From the IMG/VR virus record IMGVR_UViG_3300045557_000073, positions 1-36,198 of that record: a stretch of 36,198 nt of DNA, one strand, 5' to 3'. A program made the translations under genes and the position numbers. Below the pieces are notes generated by a model that was given only the letters and a program-made list of their open reading frames with translations, searched no databases and had not been told where the DNA came from. This document shows positions 17,030 to 27,051 of the stretch, one piece after another (the first letter of the stretch is position 1; every line of letters begins with the position of its first letter). This stretch comes from a virus. Lineage: Duplodnaviria; Caudoviricetes.

Positions 17030-18404
17030 GGCAATACAAGAATTGCATGAAATCTTTTTGCCAGATAAAATCGGCAAGGGTTATGCCTCATTCTGGAACA
17101 CAAAGAAAAGATACAGAGTTTTAAAAGGTGGACGTGCATCAAAGAAGAGTACAACAACTGCAATGTGGTTTATTTACAACATGATGAAATATCCACTTGC
17201 CAACACAGTTGTAGTTAGAAAAACATTTAATACACATAAAGACTCTACATTTGCACAGCTGAAATGGGCTGCAAGAAGACTGGGAGTATATGACAAGTGG
17301 AAGTTTACAATATCACCGCTTGAAGCAACTTACATTCCTACCGGGCAAAAGATTTTATTCAGAGGTTTTGATGATCCTTTGAAGTTGACATCAATTACAG
17401 TTGATGTTGGTGTGTTATGCTGGGCTTGGTTAGAAGAAGCGTATGAAATAGAAAAAGAACAAGATTTCAATACATTTGATGAGTCCATCCGTGGAGAAAT
17501 GCCGGAAGGCTATTGGAAACAGATAACAATAACATATAACCCATGGGTAAATACTCACTGGACTAAGACAAGGTTTTGGGATAATGAAGATCCTAATGCA
17601 TTTAGGTTGACAACAACATACAGATGTAATGAATGGCTTGATGATTCAGACAGAGCACTTATTGAGTATGCTAAAACTCATAATCCGGACAGATATAAAG
17701 TTATAGGACTTGGTGAGTATGGTATTCCAGGAGGAGTATACTTTGATGAATTTAGAACTGATATACATGTTATTGATAGTTTCGTTATTCCTTCTCATTG
17801 GAGACGATACAGGACCATTGACTATGGGTTAGATATGCTTGCGTGTTACTGGATAGCAGTTGATAATAATCAAAAGGCTTATGTTTACAAAGAATTGTAT
17901 GAATCAAATCTCATCATTTCAAAAGCAGCAAAAAGAATACTTGAATTGACAAAAGATGATGAAAAGATTTATGAGACTATGGCTCCGCCGGATTTATGGA
18001 ACAGAAGGCAGGAAACAGGAAAGAGTGCTGCAGAGTTATTCTTGGATAATGACGTATTTCTTACAAAATCAGATAATGACAGGGTTCAAGGATGGTTAAA
18101 TCTGAAAGAATGTCTTGATCCATATGAAGACGAACAGGGAATAATGACTGCGGACCTTGTTATTACAAAGAACTGCACAAACTTAATCAGGACATTGCCA
18201 CAGATTCAGAAAGATGAAAAGGATCCTAACGATTGTGCAACAGAACCGCATGAACTAACTCATGCTCCTGACTCTATCAGATACTTTATTGCAGGAAGAC
18301 CAGCACCAGCTAAGAAGCCAAAACCACAGAAGAAATACAATTTTGACTTTGAAAAACCAAAGGCAAATCCACTTGGAAAGGGGAACAAACAACGTGTCAT
18401 ATAA
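17019..18404 (+). CDS. terL: Terminase large subunit, PBSX family
   Basis: KGGRASKKS Walker A, WLEEA Walker B, TYNP, IDYG nuclease motif, HAPDSIRY. Confidence 0.93.
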   Translation: MKTKAIQELHEIFLPDKIGKGYASFWNTKKRYRVLKGGRASKKSTTTAMWFIYNMMKYPLANTVVVRKTFNTHKDSTFAQLKWAARRLGVYDKWKFTISPLEATYIPTGQKILFRGFDDPLKLTSITVDVGVLCWAWLEEAYEIEKEQDFNTFDESIRGEMPEGYWKQITITYNPWVNTHWTKTRFWDNEDPNAFRLTTTYRCNEWLDDSDRALIEYAKTHNPDRYKVIGLGEYGIPGGVYFDEFRTDIHVIDSFVIPSHWRRYRTIDYGLDMLACYWIAVDNNQKAYVYKELYESNLIISKAAKRILELTKDDEKIYETMAPPDLWNRRQETGKSAAELFLDNDVFLTKSDNDRVQGWLNLKECLDPYEDEQGIMTADLVITKNCTNLIRTLPQIQKDEKDPNDCATEPHELTHAPDSIRYFIAGRPAPAKKPKPQKKYNFDFEKPKANPLGKGNKQRVI

Positions 18405-18642
18405 TTTAATTATAATAGTGCTTTTATTTATGATACCAACCATGTGTGGATTGGTATTTTTTAGTTACAGGCAAGGAATAAAAGACGGCCGTGCTTTGAA
18501 GGAAGAAAAAAAGCTTGAGCCGGTTGTAAGTGTACCAAAGGAAAAACCAAAAGTAACAGAAGAATTAAAAAAATTCAATGCAATAATGGACAATATAAAT
18601 ACTTACAACGGTGGTCCTGCAGGACAGAAGGTGGTGAAGTAG
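18394..18642 (+). CDS. Small membrane-anchored protein (start revised to GTG 18394)
   Basis: GAAAGGGG RBS; N-terminal transmembrane segment LIIIVLLFMIPTMCGLVFF. Confidence 0.6.
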   Translation: MSYNLIIIVLLFMIPTMCGLVFFSYRQGIKDGRALKEEKKLEPVVSVPKEKPKVTEELKKFNAIMDNINTYNGGPAGQKVVK

Positions 18643-20349
18643 TTGCAAATTCCAAGTCAAATGAATAGCATTTTTAAAAGAAAAGATTACAAAGAAACAA
18701 CTGAAATATGGAACCTCTATCAAAAGGGAATTGACTATATACATAAAATTAATCTCGTTTCTGAGACTGATGAAGCTCACAGGATGTACTCAGGTGACCA
18801 GTGGTACGGACTTCAAAGCGGTGGCGAAAGAATGCCACAATACAACTTTATCAAAGGAATTGTTAAATATAAGGTTGCAGTAGTTGCTCAAAATACTATG
18901 TCTGCAGTATACAGCAATATGGGACAAAAGGACGAAGCAATCACAAAAGCATGTGAAATGCTTAATGAATACTTTAGAAAACAGTGGGAACTGGCAAAGA
19001 TGGACACGCAGTCATGGAAAGTAGTTAAAGATGCGTGTATACAAGGTGATGGGTATTTGTTCTTTCCTGGAAGTAACGTGATGGAATCTCAGATTATTGA
19101 CAATGTTAATGTATTTCTGGGTGATGAAAAGAACTCAAATATACAGGAACAGCCATACATCTTGATAGTTGAAAGAAGATTTGTTAACGATGTAAAAAAA
19201 GATGCCGAGAAATACAAAATCAAGAAAGAAGATATTGACTTGATTGTCTCCGATGAAGATTATCAAAACCAGCTTGGAGATAAAAACGATGTAGATAGTA
19301 AAAATGGAAAATGCACATCAATATTGTACATGTACAAAGATAATAACGGAATAGTGCACTTTTCAAGAAGCGTTGAAAACTTAGTATATCAACCTGATAC
19401 GATACTTCAATCAGTTGATAACAAAGGAAAACTGACAGGAACTGGACTTAAAAAATATCAATTATTGAATTTTGTCTGGGAAGACATGAAAGGAACTGCA
19501 AGAGGAATAGGAGAAGTAAAACAGCTTATTCCTAACCAACTTGAAGTGAATAAAACTCTTGCAAGAAGAAGTGTATCAATCGCTCAAAATGCTTTTGGTA
19601 AGATGGCCTACAATGAAAATGCTGTGCAAAATCCTGATGATCTTGATGTTGTTGGAGCAAAGATAGCAATAAAAGAAGGAAGCGCCCAAAAGGTGCAAGA
19701 TTTGATTGCATATTTAAATCCTTCGACAATGTCACCTGATGCAAAAAACTTCACTGATGAAGTGGTTACATATTCAAAAGATTTGGCAGGTGCAGGAGAC
19801 AGCGCACAAGGTGCAGTAGATCCTACGCAAGCATCCGGAACAGCAATTATTGCAGTAAGAGACCAGGCTGCACTTCCGTTGAATGAACAGATTGCAAGAT
19901 ATAAACAGTTCGTTGAGGACCTTGCGTTGTTATGGTTTGATATATGGGTAGCTTACAATCCAAATGGATTGACAGTTGAGTTAGAGGATGAAGAACAGGG
20001 AGCTTACACAGAATTAATTCCTGCTGATGTTCTTGAAAACATGAGAATTAATGTGAGAATTGATGTTTCACAGAACAATCCTTATTCAAGATTTGCACAA
20101 GAGCAGGCACTTGAAAATCTGCTTGAAGCACAGTACATCACTTTTGAAGAATATGTGAATGCATTGGATGATGATGCAGCGGTTCCAAAAGGAAAACTTA
20201 AGGACATAATTGACAAGAGAGCTGAACAGCTACAAAAGGAAATGCAGTATGAAGCAACAATTCAACAGCTTCAGCAACAAGTTCAGCAGTCATTGCAAAT
20301 GATAGAACAAATAACAGGAGGTGTTCCAGGTGAAATGCAAGCAATGTGA
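18643..20349 (+). CDS. Portal protein (P22-like)
   Basis: 568 aa after TerL; YSGDQW, N.IK.IV, ASGTAI motifs; C-terminal Gln-rich coiled coil. Confidence 0.82.
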   Translation: MQIPSQMNSIFKRKDYKETTEIWNLYQKGIDYIHKINLVSETDEAHRMYSGDQWYGLQSGGERMPQYNFIKGIVKYKVAVVAQNTMSAVYSNMGQKDEAITKACEMLNEYFRKQWELAKMDTQSWKVVKDACIQGDGYLFFPGSNVMESQIIDNVNVFLGDEKNSNIQEQPYILIVERRFVNDVKKDAEKYKIKKEDIDLIVSDEDYQNQLGDKNDVDSKNGKCTSILYMYKDNNGIVHFSRSVENLVYQPDTILQSVDNKGKLTGTGLKKYQLLNFVWEDMKGTARGIGEVKQLIPNQLEVNKTLARRSVSIAQNAFGKMAYNENAVQNPDDLDVVGAKIAIKEGSAQKVQDLIAYLNPSTMSPDAKNFTDEVVTYSKDLAGAGDSAQGAVDPTQASGTAIIAVRDQAALPLNEQIARYKQFVEDLALLWFDIWVAYNPNGLTVELEDEEQGAYTELIPADVLENMRINVRIDVSQNNPYSRFAQEQALENLLEAQYITFEEYVNALDDDAAVPKGKLKDIIDKRAEQLQKEMQYEATIQQLQQQVQQSLQMIEQITGGVPGEMQAM

Positions 20350-20470
20350 TACTGAAATGTTTATTGACAAGGTTGTAGAAGATAAGGAAAACAACACGGA
20401 AACATTTATTTACAAGTGTCCGAATTCAGCATGTGTGAATTACGGATATAAGAAAGGGGAAGAAGAATGA
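20330..20470 (+). CDS. 46-aa zinc-ribbon protein, not in ORF track
   Basis: AGGAGGTG RBS; [10 protein letters not shown]...YKCPNSAC; stop overlaps the tad1 ATG. Confidence 0.6.
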   Translation: MKCKQCDTEMFIDKVVEDKENNTETFIYKCPNSACVNYGYKKGEEE

Positions 20471-20844
20471 GAGAATTAAGCACGATTCAAAAAAGAGAAA
20501 AGCTCAATGATGTATATGCTATAGATTTAAAAGGCAACGGTGGTGCAAACCATAGGTATGACATACTGAATTCTGAGTGGGATAAGGAACATGGCGGTAA
20601 CGAAGTCCTTTTAACTATTCAATTTCAAAACGGCGCAAGAAAAGACGGAACTTCAATTTATGGTGTAATTGATAGTGATTTACTTGAAATAGTTAGAGAG
20701 AGACTCAAAGCTTTTCAAGCTGGTCCGTTTGCTTCAAGAGAAAATGCGTGTGCACTAACTCACATTGAAGAAGCTCTGATGTGGATGAATAGACGTATAG
20801 AGGATAGGATAGAGAGAAGTGTCTTGGGTACATACAACAAATAA
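20467..20844 (+). CDS. tad1: Tad1 (Thoeris anti-defence 1) immune-signal sponge
   Basis: [12 protein letters not shown] start and [51 protein letters not shown] closely match my recollection of Clostridium prophage Tad1. Confidence 0.88.
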   Translation: MRELSTIQKREKLNDVYAIDLKGNGGANHRYDILNSEWDKEHGGNEVLLTIQFQNGARKDGTSIYGVIDSDLLEIVRERLKAFQAGPFASRENACALTHIEEALMWMNRRIEDRIERSVLGTYNK

Positions 20845-20856
20845 GTAGGTATAATT

Positions 20857-21093
20857 ATGGGACTTAGAATATACATGAAATCTGGCAATAATTATTGTGT
20901 TGATATTTCAGAATATTCTTACAGTGAGGTTTGTGAGCAATTATCCAATACGATATTATGTGGAGATAATTATCTGATAGATGCACACGGAAAAACATAT
21001 TTTTTTAAGGGTGCAGAAATTGAATACTTTGAAATTGACATTGCACAACAAGAAGAATTATCAAATAAAAACAAGATAGGATTTGTTAACTAA
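20857..21093 (+). CDS. Hypothetical protein downstream of tad1
   Basis: 78 aa with AGGT RBS; followed by a terminator. Confidence 0.6.
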   Translation: MGLRIYMKSGNNYCVDISEYSYSEVCEQLSNTILCGDNYLIDAHGKTYFFKGAEIEYFEIDIAQQEELSNKNKIGFVN

Positions 21094-21115
21094 GGAGCCG
21101 GAAGGTTCCTTTTTT
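21092..21115 (+). terminator. Intrinsic terminator
   Basis: AAGGAGCC-GGAA-GGTTCCTT then T run. Confidence 0.65.
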
Positions 21116-21165
21116 ATATCAAAATTCGCAGGCAACGCGCAAAAATCCGGATGAAAGGAAACAAA

Positions 21166-21948
21166 ATGTTTTTGGAAAATTTAAAACTGCAGTTATTTGC
21201 AGAAAGCGAAGAAAGCCAGGCGGTCGCTGAACCTGGAACAGAAGAAACACAGGTAATAGAAGAAGGTGCAGAAGGAGCACAGTCAACAAGCGTGGAAGTG
21301 ACTGAGGTCGCTGGTCAGTCAACTGATGCTAATAATGTACCGCAACAGACATTACCTACACAGACAGAACAAAGAGACTTCGAAAAGGATGCAGCTTTTG
21401 CAAAGATAAGAAGAGAAGCAGAGCAAGCGAAGAAACAAAATGAATTACTTGCAAAAACTTTGCGACAATTTAATTTCAACGGAGATACTCCTGAGGAAGT
21501 AATTGATAATGCAAATGCTCATTATCTAAACAAGCCAGTTGAAGTGGTAAGACAACAAAGACTTGAAGCGGAAAAGTTACAACAAGAAGAAGCACAAAGA
21601 CAAGCAGAACTTCAATATTACAGACAAAAAGAAGCTGAAAGAATGATGGCTGATGACTTGGCCAGAATTCAGAAACTAGATCCAACTGTCAAGAAGCTTG
21701 ATGATTTAGGACAAGACTATTTCAAACTCATTGAAGCAGGTATTGATGCTGAGATTGCATTTAATGCAGTCAATCAGAAAAAGCAAAGGGAGACTAAAAC
21801 TCCGCCTGTAGAGATAGGAAAAGTTAATTCTAGTTCAAAAGAAGAGAAAGACTTTTATACTTCTGCGGAAGTGGACAGGTTATCAAAGAAAGACCTTGAA
21901 AATCCAAAGATAATGGCAAGGGTAATGGAATCAATGACTAAGTGGTAA
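21166..21948 (+). CDS. Capsid scaffolding protein
   Basis: Acidic N-terminus, coiled coils, directly upstream of capsid; ATG 21166 follows GAAAGGA; N-terminal LQLFA motif. Confidence 0.78.
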   Translation: MFLENLKLQLFAESEESQAVAEPGTEETQVIEEGAEGAQSTSVEVTEVAGQSTDANNVPQQTLPTQTEQRDFEKDAAFAKIRREAEQAKKQNELLAKTLRQFNFNGDTPEEVIDNANAHYLNKPVEVVRQQRLEAEKLQQEEAQRQAELQYYRQKEAERMMADDLARIQKLDPTVKKLDDLGQDYFKLIEAGIDAEIAFNAVNQKKQRETKTPPVEIGKVNSSSKEEKDFYTSAEVDRLSKKDLENPKIMARVMESMTKW

Positions 21949-21975
21949 TTAAAAAAAGAAAGGTGGTAAAAACAT

Positions 21976-22797
21976 ATGTCTTATGAACAATTTAAACCGG
22001 TGGTATGGTCAAGCCATATACAACATGAATTACCAAAATTCACAACATACAAACAGGACTGCAACTTCGAATTTGAAGGTGAAGCAGGGAAAGGAAAAAG
22101 AGTAAAGATTTTAGGAGTTAGCAGACCTACAATCAAAAAATATACACCTGGAGTTGATATAGATTCTCCTGAAATTCCAGAAGATACATCAGTATATCTG
22201 GATATCAACCAGTATGACTATTTCAACTATGCAGTAGACAATATAGATAAGGCTCAAGCAACAAAAGGGTTAATGTCTGCATTGTCTGAGGAGACTACAA
22301 GAGCATTAGCAGAGGCAGAAGATACTTTCTGCGCTAAAGAAATTGCTTTAGGTGCAGGATATAAATCAGCAACAACAGGTATTACAACTGCAGATGCTGC
22401 TAAAACTGCAATAGACAAGCTATTTGTTCAATTGTGGAAAAATGGTGTGTCACAGAAGGATATATTGACATTATATCTGACTCCTTGGCTGTATGATTTG
22501 TTGGAAAACAAACTAACAGAGCTTAAGACAGATAATGACAATCTTATTGCTAAAGGCATTTTGGGATTGTACAGAAATGCAAGAGTCAAAATGTCAAACA
22601 ATGCTTATAACGACGGAACAGATGATCACATCATACTGAAGACTAGCAAAGGCTTTGCATATTGCAATGGTATTGATGAACTTAAGCCGTATTCACCTGA
22701 AAAGAGTTTCGCAGATGCAATAAAGGGCTTGAACACTTACGGCGGTAAAGCAGTTAGACCAAAAGAAATTGCAGTATTGAAAGCACACAATTCATAG
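21976..22797 (+). CDS. Major capsid protein (P22 gp5-like)
   Basis: FKPVVWS start, FEGE..G.RVKI, SFADAIKGLNTYGGKAVRP end. Confidence 0.85.
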   Translation: MSYEQFKPVVWSSHIQHELPKFTTYKQDCNFEFEGEAGKGKRVKILGVSRPTIKKYTPGVDIDSPEIPEDTSVYLDINQYDYFNYAVDNIDKAQATKGLMSALSEETTRALAEAEDTFCAKEIALGAGYKSATTGITTADAAKTAIDKLFVQLWKNGVSQKDILTLYLTPWLYDLLENKLTELKTDNDNLIAKGILGLYRNARVKMSNNAYNDGTDDHIILKTSKGFAYCNGIDELKPYSPEKSFADAIKGLNTYGGKAVRPKEIAVLKAHNS

Positions 22798-22815
22798 GAA
22801 GGATAGGTGATATAG

Positions 22816-23169
22816 ATGGCAGCAACAGCAATAGTAAACACAGTGTTAGCTTTTAACACAGGAGCAGCAATGCCGGCAACTGCAGCAGTAGATGCAGCAG
22901 ACGGTGCTTTAATTACATGTGACAAAGCAGATCAGAAAATGCTTATCATAATGGAAAATGCAGACGCAGCTAACGCTGAAAATGTAACAATAAAAGCAGG
23001 AAACGGAATTCAAGGAACAGAAGATCTAGTAATTGCTTTGGCAGCTTCACAGAAGAAAGTTGTAACAGTAGAATCTGGCAAATATAAAAATGTGAGTGGA
23101 ACACTAAAAGGTAAAATCAAAATTACCGGAACCGCTGATGTAAAGCTTGCTTGTGTAGTATTACCATAG
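22816..23169 (+). CDS. Probable capsid decoration / minor head protein
   Basis: Ala/Gly/Thr-rich beta protein directly after capsid and before a strong terminator. Confidence 0.6.
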   Translation: MAATAIVNTVLAFNTGAAMPATAAVDAADGALITCDKADQKMLIIMENADAANAENVTIKAGNGIQGTEDLVIALAASQKKVVTVESGKYKNVSGTLKGKIKITGTADVKLACVVLP

Positions 23170-23171
23170 TA

Positions 23172-23196
23172 AAGGGCGGAGAAATCCGCCTTTTTT
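23172..23196 (+). terminator. Intrinsic terminator after head genes
   Basis: GGCGGA-GAAA-TCCGCC-TTTTTT. Confidence 0.8.
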
Positions 23197-23255
23197 ATCA
23201 ACATCATGAGTATATGCGGTGCAACTCCGCAGATGTTGGGAAGGAGTGATTTATT

Positions 23256-23807
23256 ATGACGGTTATTGATGTTGTAGAAAAAGTAATGGTTATCATGGAT
23301 GAAGTAACATCAACAAACCTTACTGCAAATTCAGCTGATTACATCAACAAGATTTATCCTTTAATAGACACAGTGCAAAGGGAAATTGCCACAGTCAAGC
23401 CAATTAAGAAATATTTGACACTGGATAGTGTTAATAAAAGAATTGATGAGCCTGCAGACTGCTTTGAATTTTTAAAAGTATATAACACTGACATGACTCC
23501 AATTAACTTTCTTCATTACAACAAGAAAATATTCATGATTGATGAAGATGAAGACGGAACATTTACATTATATTATAATAAATACCCGGATAAAATTGAT
23601 GGAAGTACAGTTGACAGTTATGAACTTGAAGTTGACAAGGAATGCCAGGAAGCACTTGTTTACGGTGTAGCTGCAGGGCTGTGTATCAATGATGAGCCGG
23701 AACTTTACGAGATTTATAATGAAAAATACAATGCAATGCTTGCGAATATAAGTTCAAGAATGCAGAACAACACAACAGCAAGGCTGGTAGGTGGTCTTAG
23801 AATATGA
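23256..23807 (+). CDS. Head-tail adaptor (tail tubular A-like)
   Basis: 183 aa, position, LYYNKYP...EALVYGVA pattern. Confidence 0.6.
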   Translation: MTVIDVVEKVMVIMDEVTSTNLTANSADYINKIYPLIDTVQREIATVKPIKKYLTLDSVNKRIDEPADCFEFLKVYNTDMTPINFLHYNKKIFMIDEDEDGTFTLYYNKYPDKIDGSTVDSYELEVDKECQEALVYGVAAGLCINDEPELYEIYNEKYNAMLANISSRMQNNTTARLVGGLRI

Positions 23808-25663
23808 GCAGAACCATAAGGAAAGAAACAACCATATACAATAAGTTCAAGGGTGTTGATTTTTCAGTTGACTCTTCACTTGTAGATAAAGAAAGAAGTC
23901 CATATGCACCAAACCTTATAGCTGACATCGGCGGAATGCCTGAAAAGCGTTTAGGATGGAGAACTCTTCACACTCTAGAACAACCTATCAATGGACTGTT
24001 TTTCGGTGAAATAAACGGAGTTGATACATTCATTGCTCATGGAGGAACAAAGCTTTATGTATGGAACATGCTTTCATTTACTGAAATAAAATCAGGTGTG
24101 AATAATGCAAAGTCAACAGCATTTTTCATGAAGGAAAACAATGTAGGCAAGATTTATATTCTTACTGGCAATGATTATCTTGCATATGACGGAACCACAG
24201 TTACTACAGTAAGCGCAAGTGCTTATGTGCCTACAATACTTATTTCAAGAAAGCCAACAGGTGGCGGAACAGTTTATGAACCGGTAAATCTTTTAGGTTC
24301 AAAGAGAAAAGAAAGTTTTCTTGGAGATGCTTCATCACTTGAATATCAACTAAGCGCAACAAATATTGAATCAGTTGACTTGGTACAGGCAATGAATGCA
24401 AGTGGTGAGTTGGTTACTTTAACACTAACTACAGATTATACAGTGAATTTAGTAACAGGAAAGGTTATATGTACAGCTCCACATGCTCCAATAGTGGCAG
24501 GACAGGACAATGTTGTAATCACATATAAAAAGCCAGTTACCGGCTATGCCGACAGGATTAAGAAATGTACTATTTCAACATTGTACGGACTTGGTGGAAG
24601 CAACAGGGTGTTTGTTTCAGGAAATCCTGATTACAAAGCATATGACTGGTATTCTGAAATATTCACTCCAACATACTTCCCGGATACCGGGTACAGTATT
24701 GTAGGCAGTGATGATACTGCAATCATGGGATATCAGAAATTAGGAAAGTATCTCATCATCATAAAAGAGGACAATCAACAGGATTCAACAATATTCCAAC
24801 GTTGGGGAACACTGCAAGATAACGGAAGCATTATTTTTACAATAGAACAAGGAGTTGCAGGTACCGGAGCAATAAGCAAGTATTGTTTTGCAAATCTAAT
24901 TGATGAACCATTATTCCTTTCAAGACGTGGAATAATGGCCACGACAAGCACAAACATTCTTGCAGAAAGAACAGTGAGAAACAGAAGCTATTTTGTTGAC
25001 TCTCAGCTTGTTAAAGAGGCAAATCTTGAAAATGCAGTTGCTTGCGAATGGAACGGTTACTATGTTCTTGCTCTTAATGGCAGAGCTTATATTCTTGATA
25101 GCAGAAACAAATCAGGGAAGTCAGAAAGCGGTTCTGATTTCGTCTATGAATGTTATCACTGGGAAAACATCCCGGCAACATGTTTATTATCAATAGGCGG
25201 AGAATTATATTTCGGCACTGCAACAGGAAAGATATGCAAATTCAATACAGATATTGAGGAAAGAACAAAATTCAATGATGATAACCAGGCAGTCACATGT
25301 TCATGGTCAACAAAAAATGATGATGATGGAGCTTCTTATTTATACAAAACAATGCAGAAAAAGGGATGCACAGTCACAATAAAACCATTTAACAGATCAT
25401 CAGCAATTGTTGCTGTTTTAGTTGATGGTAATCCGGAACAAACACTCAGATATCATACAATGGACGTGTTCGACTGGGAGGACATAGATTTTGAAAGATT
25501 TACTTTCAATACAAATTTCAGTCCGCAGGACATTTATATTAAGAAAAAAATCAAGAAATACAAAAGACTGCAGATAATCATCAGAAACAATGGGTTAAGT
25601 GAGGGATTTGGAGTCTTCCAAATTGTAAAGACTTATACGGTCGGAAACTATGCTAAGAAATAG
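23804..25663 (+). CDS. Tail nozzle / DNA stabilisation protein (P22 gp10 / tail tubular B-like)
   Basis: 619 aa beta-rich; FKGVD, SPYAPN, KRLG, TYFP motifs; podovirus gene order. Confidence 0.68.
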   Translation: MSRTIRKETTIYNKFKGVDFSVDSSLVDKERSPYAPNLIADIGGMPEKRLGWRTLHTLEQPINGLFFGEINGVDTFIAHGGTKLYVWNMLSFTEIKSGVNNAKSTAFFMKENNVGKIYILTGNDYLAYDGTTVTTVSASAYVPTILISRKPTGGGTVYEPVNLLGSKRKESFLGDASSLEYQLSATNIESVDLVQAMNASGELVTLTLTTDYTVNLVTGKVICTAPHAPIVAGQDNVVITYKKPVTGYADRIKKCTISTLYGLGGSNRVFVSGNPDYKAYDWYSEIFTPTYFPDTGYSIVGSDDTAIMGYQKLGKYLIIIKEDNQQDSTIFQRWGTLQDNGSIIFTIEQGVAGTGAISKYCFANLIDEPLFLSRRGIMATTSTNILAERTVRNRSYFVDSQLVKEANLENAVACEWNGYYVLALNGRAYILDSRNKSGKSESGSDFVYECYHWENIPATCLLSIGGELYFGTATGKICKFNTDIEERTKFNDDNQAVTCSWSTKNDDDGASYLYKTMQKKGCTVTIKPFNRSSAIVAVLVDGNPEQTLRYHTMDVFDWEDIDFERFTFNTNFSPQDIYIKKKIKKYKRLQIIIRNNGLSEGFGVFQIVKTYTVGNYAKK

Positions 25664-25672
25664 GAGGTATAT

Positions 25673-27040
25673 ATGTCGATAGGAAGTTTATTATTAGGTG
25701 GCTTGGCATCTGCAGCAACAAAAGCTTATCAGTCTGCAGCCGAAAAAAAGAAAAATCAAACAGTAAGTAATACAAGTCCTGCAAAAACAACAGCAGTAAG
25801 CTCTGGGAATGAGCATGCAAATTATATAAATCAGACATATTCAGGTGGCTTGGATGCATATTCAAAACTTCAAAATGACAGATATAGTAATGCATTACAA
25901 AATAGTTCAGATCCTGCAAATGTCGAATTATTAAAAAAATTACAAGCTGATGCAAATAAAGTAGGATATAATCTTTCTTCAAATCAGGTTGCACAGCCAA
26001 TGATTAATCCATATGAAGATTATATGGCACAATATAAAGATATGGTCGCAGGTCAACAAGGTCAAATTGAAGCAATGAACCGGGCAGCAGTTAAGCAAGG
26101 AGTTGCCAATCTTAACAGTCAGAAAACAACAGTAAATCAAAATTATGATGATATGGCAAGGCAAGCATACATCACATCAATGCAAAATAAGAAAGCACTT
26201 CCACAACAACTTGCAGCAAACGGAGTAAACGGCGGAGCTTCAGAAACTGCAATGTTGGGACTTTCAGCCAACTACGAAAATAACTTAAACAAAGTAAACA
26301 CAGGCAGAAACAACGCACTGTATGACATTGACAGTGCAATATCAAACTTAAAAAATGAAGGTGAACTGGCGACTGCAGAACAGACATTACAGAACAACCA
26401 GGCAGCACTTACTGCTTATCAAAACATGATGAATAACTCCGCAAATTATAATCAATGGCTTGCAAATTACAATGCGGACAGGGAAGACACTCAATACAAT
26501 AGAAATATTTATGATAGCGAAACAGCATCAGCTCAAAAGCAACAGGAGTACAATAACATTCTTGAAAGGCTTGGAATGGGATTGATATCTGAAAATGATG
26601 CAGTTGCATTAGGTGTGCCTTCTCAAGATGTACAAGCTTATGTTAATAGAATAATAGCTGCTCAAAATGCAGAACTTGCTAATACAGTTTCATTGACTAA
26701 TAACAGAAATTCAAGCGGAACAAACAGTAAAACTGTAAGTGAACCGACAGACGAGTCAAGTATGATCACTGAGGTTGTAAAAACAGCAAATTCATATCTC
26801 AAAAAAGGTGACAGAGAAAAAGCTATTGAGGTATTAAGTGCTTATATATCTCCTGAACAAATCAAAAAGCATTTAGAAAGTATGGGAGTAAGAACGGATG
26901 ATATTGATTGGGGAACTGAAGCAACAACTTCATCTAGATATCAGAATCCGGTGACAAGTATAGGAAACATTATATCATTTTATAAAAACAAAGGGTATTC
27001 AAGCGACCAGATAGCAGAAATATTAAACAGGAATAACTAG
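25673..27040 (+). CDS. Probable internal virion / ejection protein
   Basis: Ala/Gln/Asn-rich helical protein with LAANGVNGGASET motif; position. Confidence 0.55.
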   Translation: MSIGSLLLGGLASAATKAYQSAAEKKKNQTVSNTSPAKTTAVSSGNEHANYINQTYSGGLDAYSKLQNDRYSNALQNSSDPANVELLKKLQADANKVGYNLSSNQVAQPMINPYEDYMAQYKDMVAGQQGQIEAMNRAAVKQGVANLNSQKTTVNQNYDDMARQAYITSMQNKKALPQQLAANGVNGGASETAMLGLSANYENNLNKVNTGRNNALYDIDSAISNLKNEGELATAEQTLQNNQAALTAYQNMMNNSANYNQWLANYNADREDTQYNRNIYDSETASAQKQQEYNNILERLGMGLISENDAVALGVPSQDVQAYVNRIIAAQNAELANTVSLTNNRNSSGTNSKTVSEPTDESSMITEVVKTANSYLKKGDREKAIEVLSAYISPEQIKKHLESMGVRTDDIDWGTEATTSSRYQNPVTSIGNIISFYKNKGYSSDQIAEILNRNN

Positions 27041-27051
27041 GCGGTGATTAA

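Noticed and set aside
23199-23240. Possible tRNA gene
   Set aside because: Only a T-arm-like hairpin; no D arm, anticodon arm or full cloverleaf
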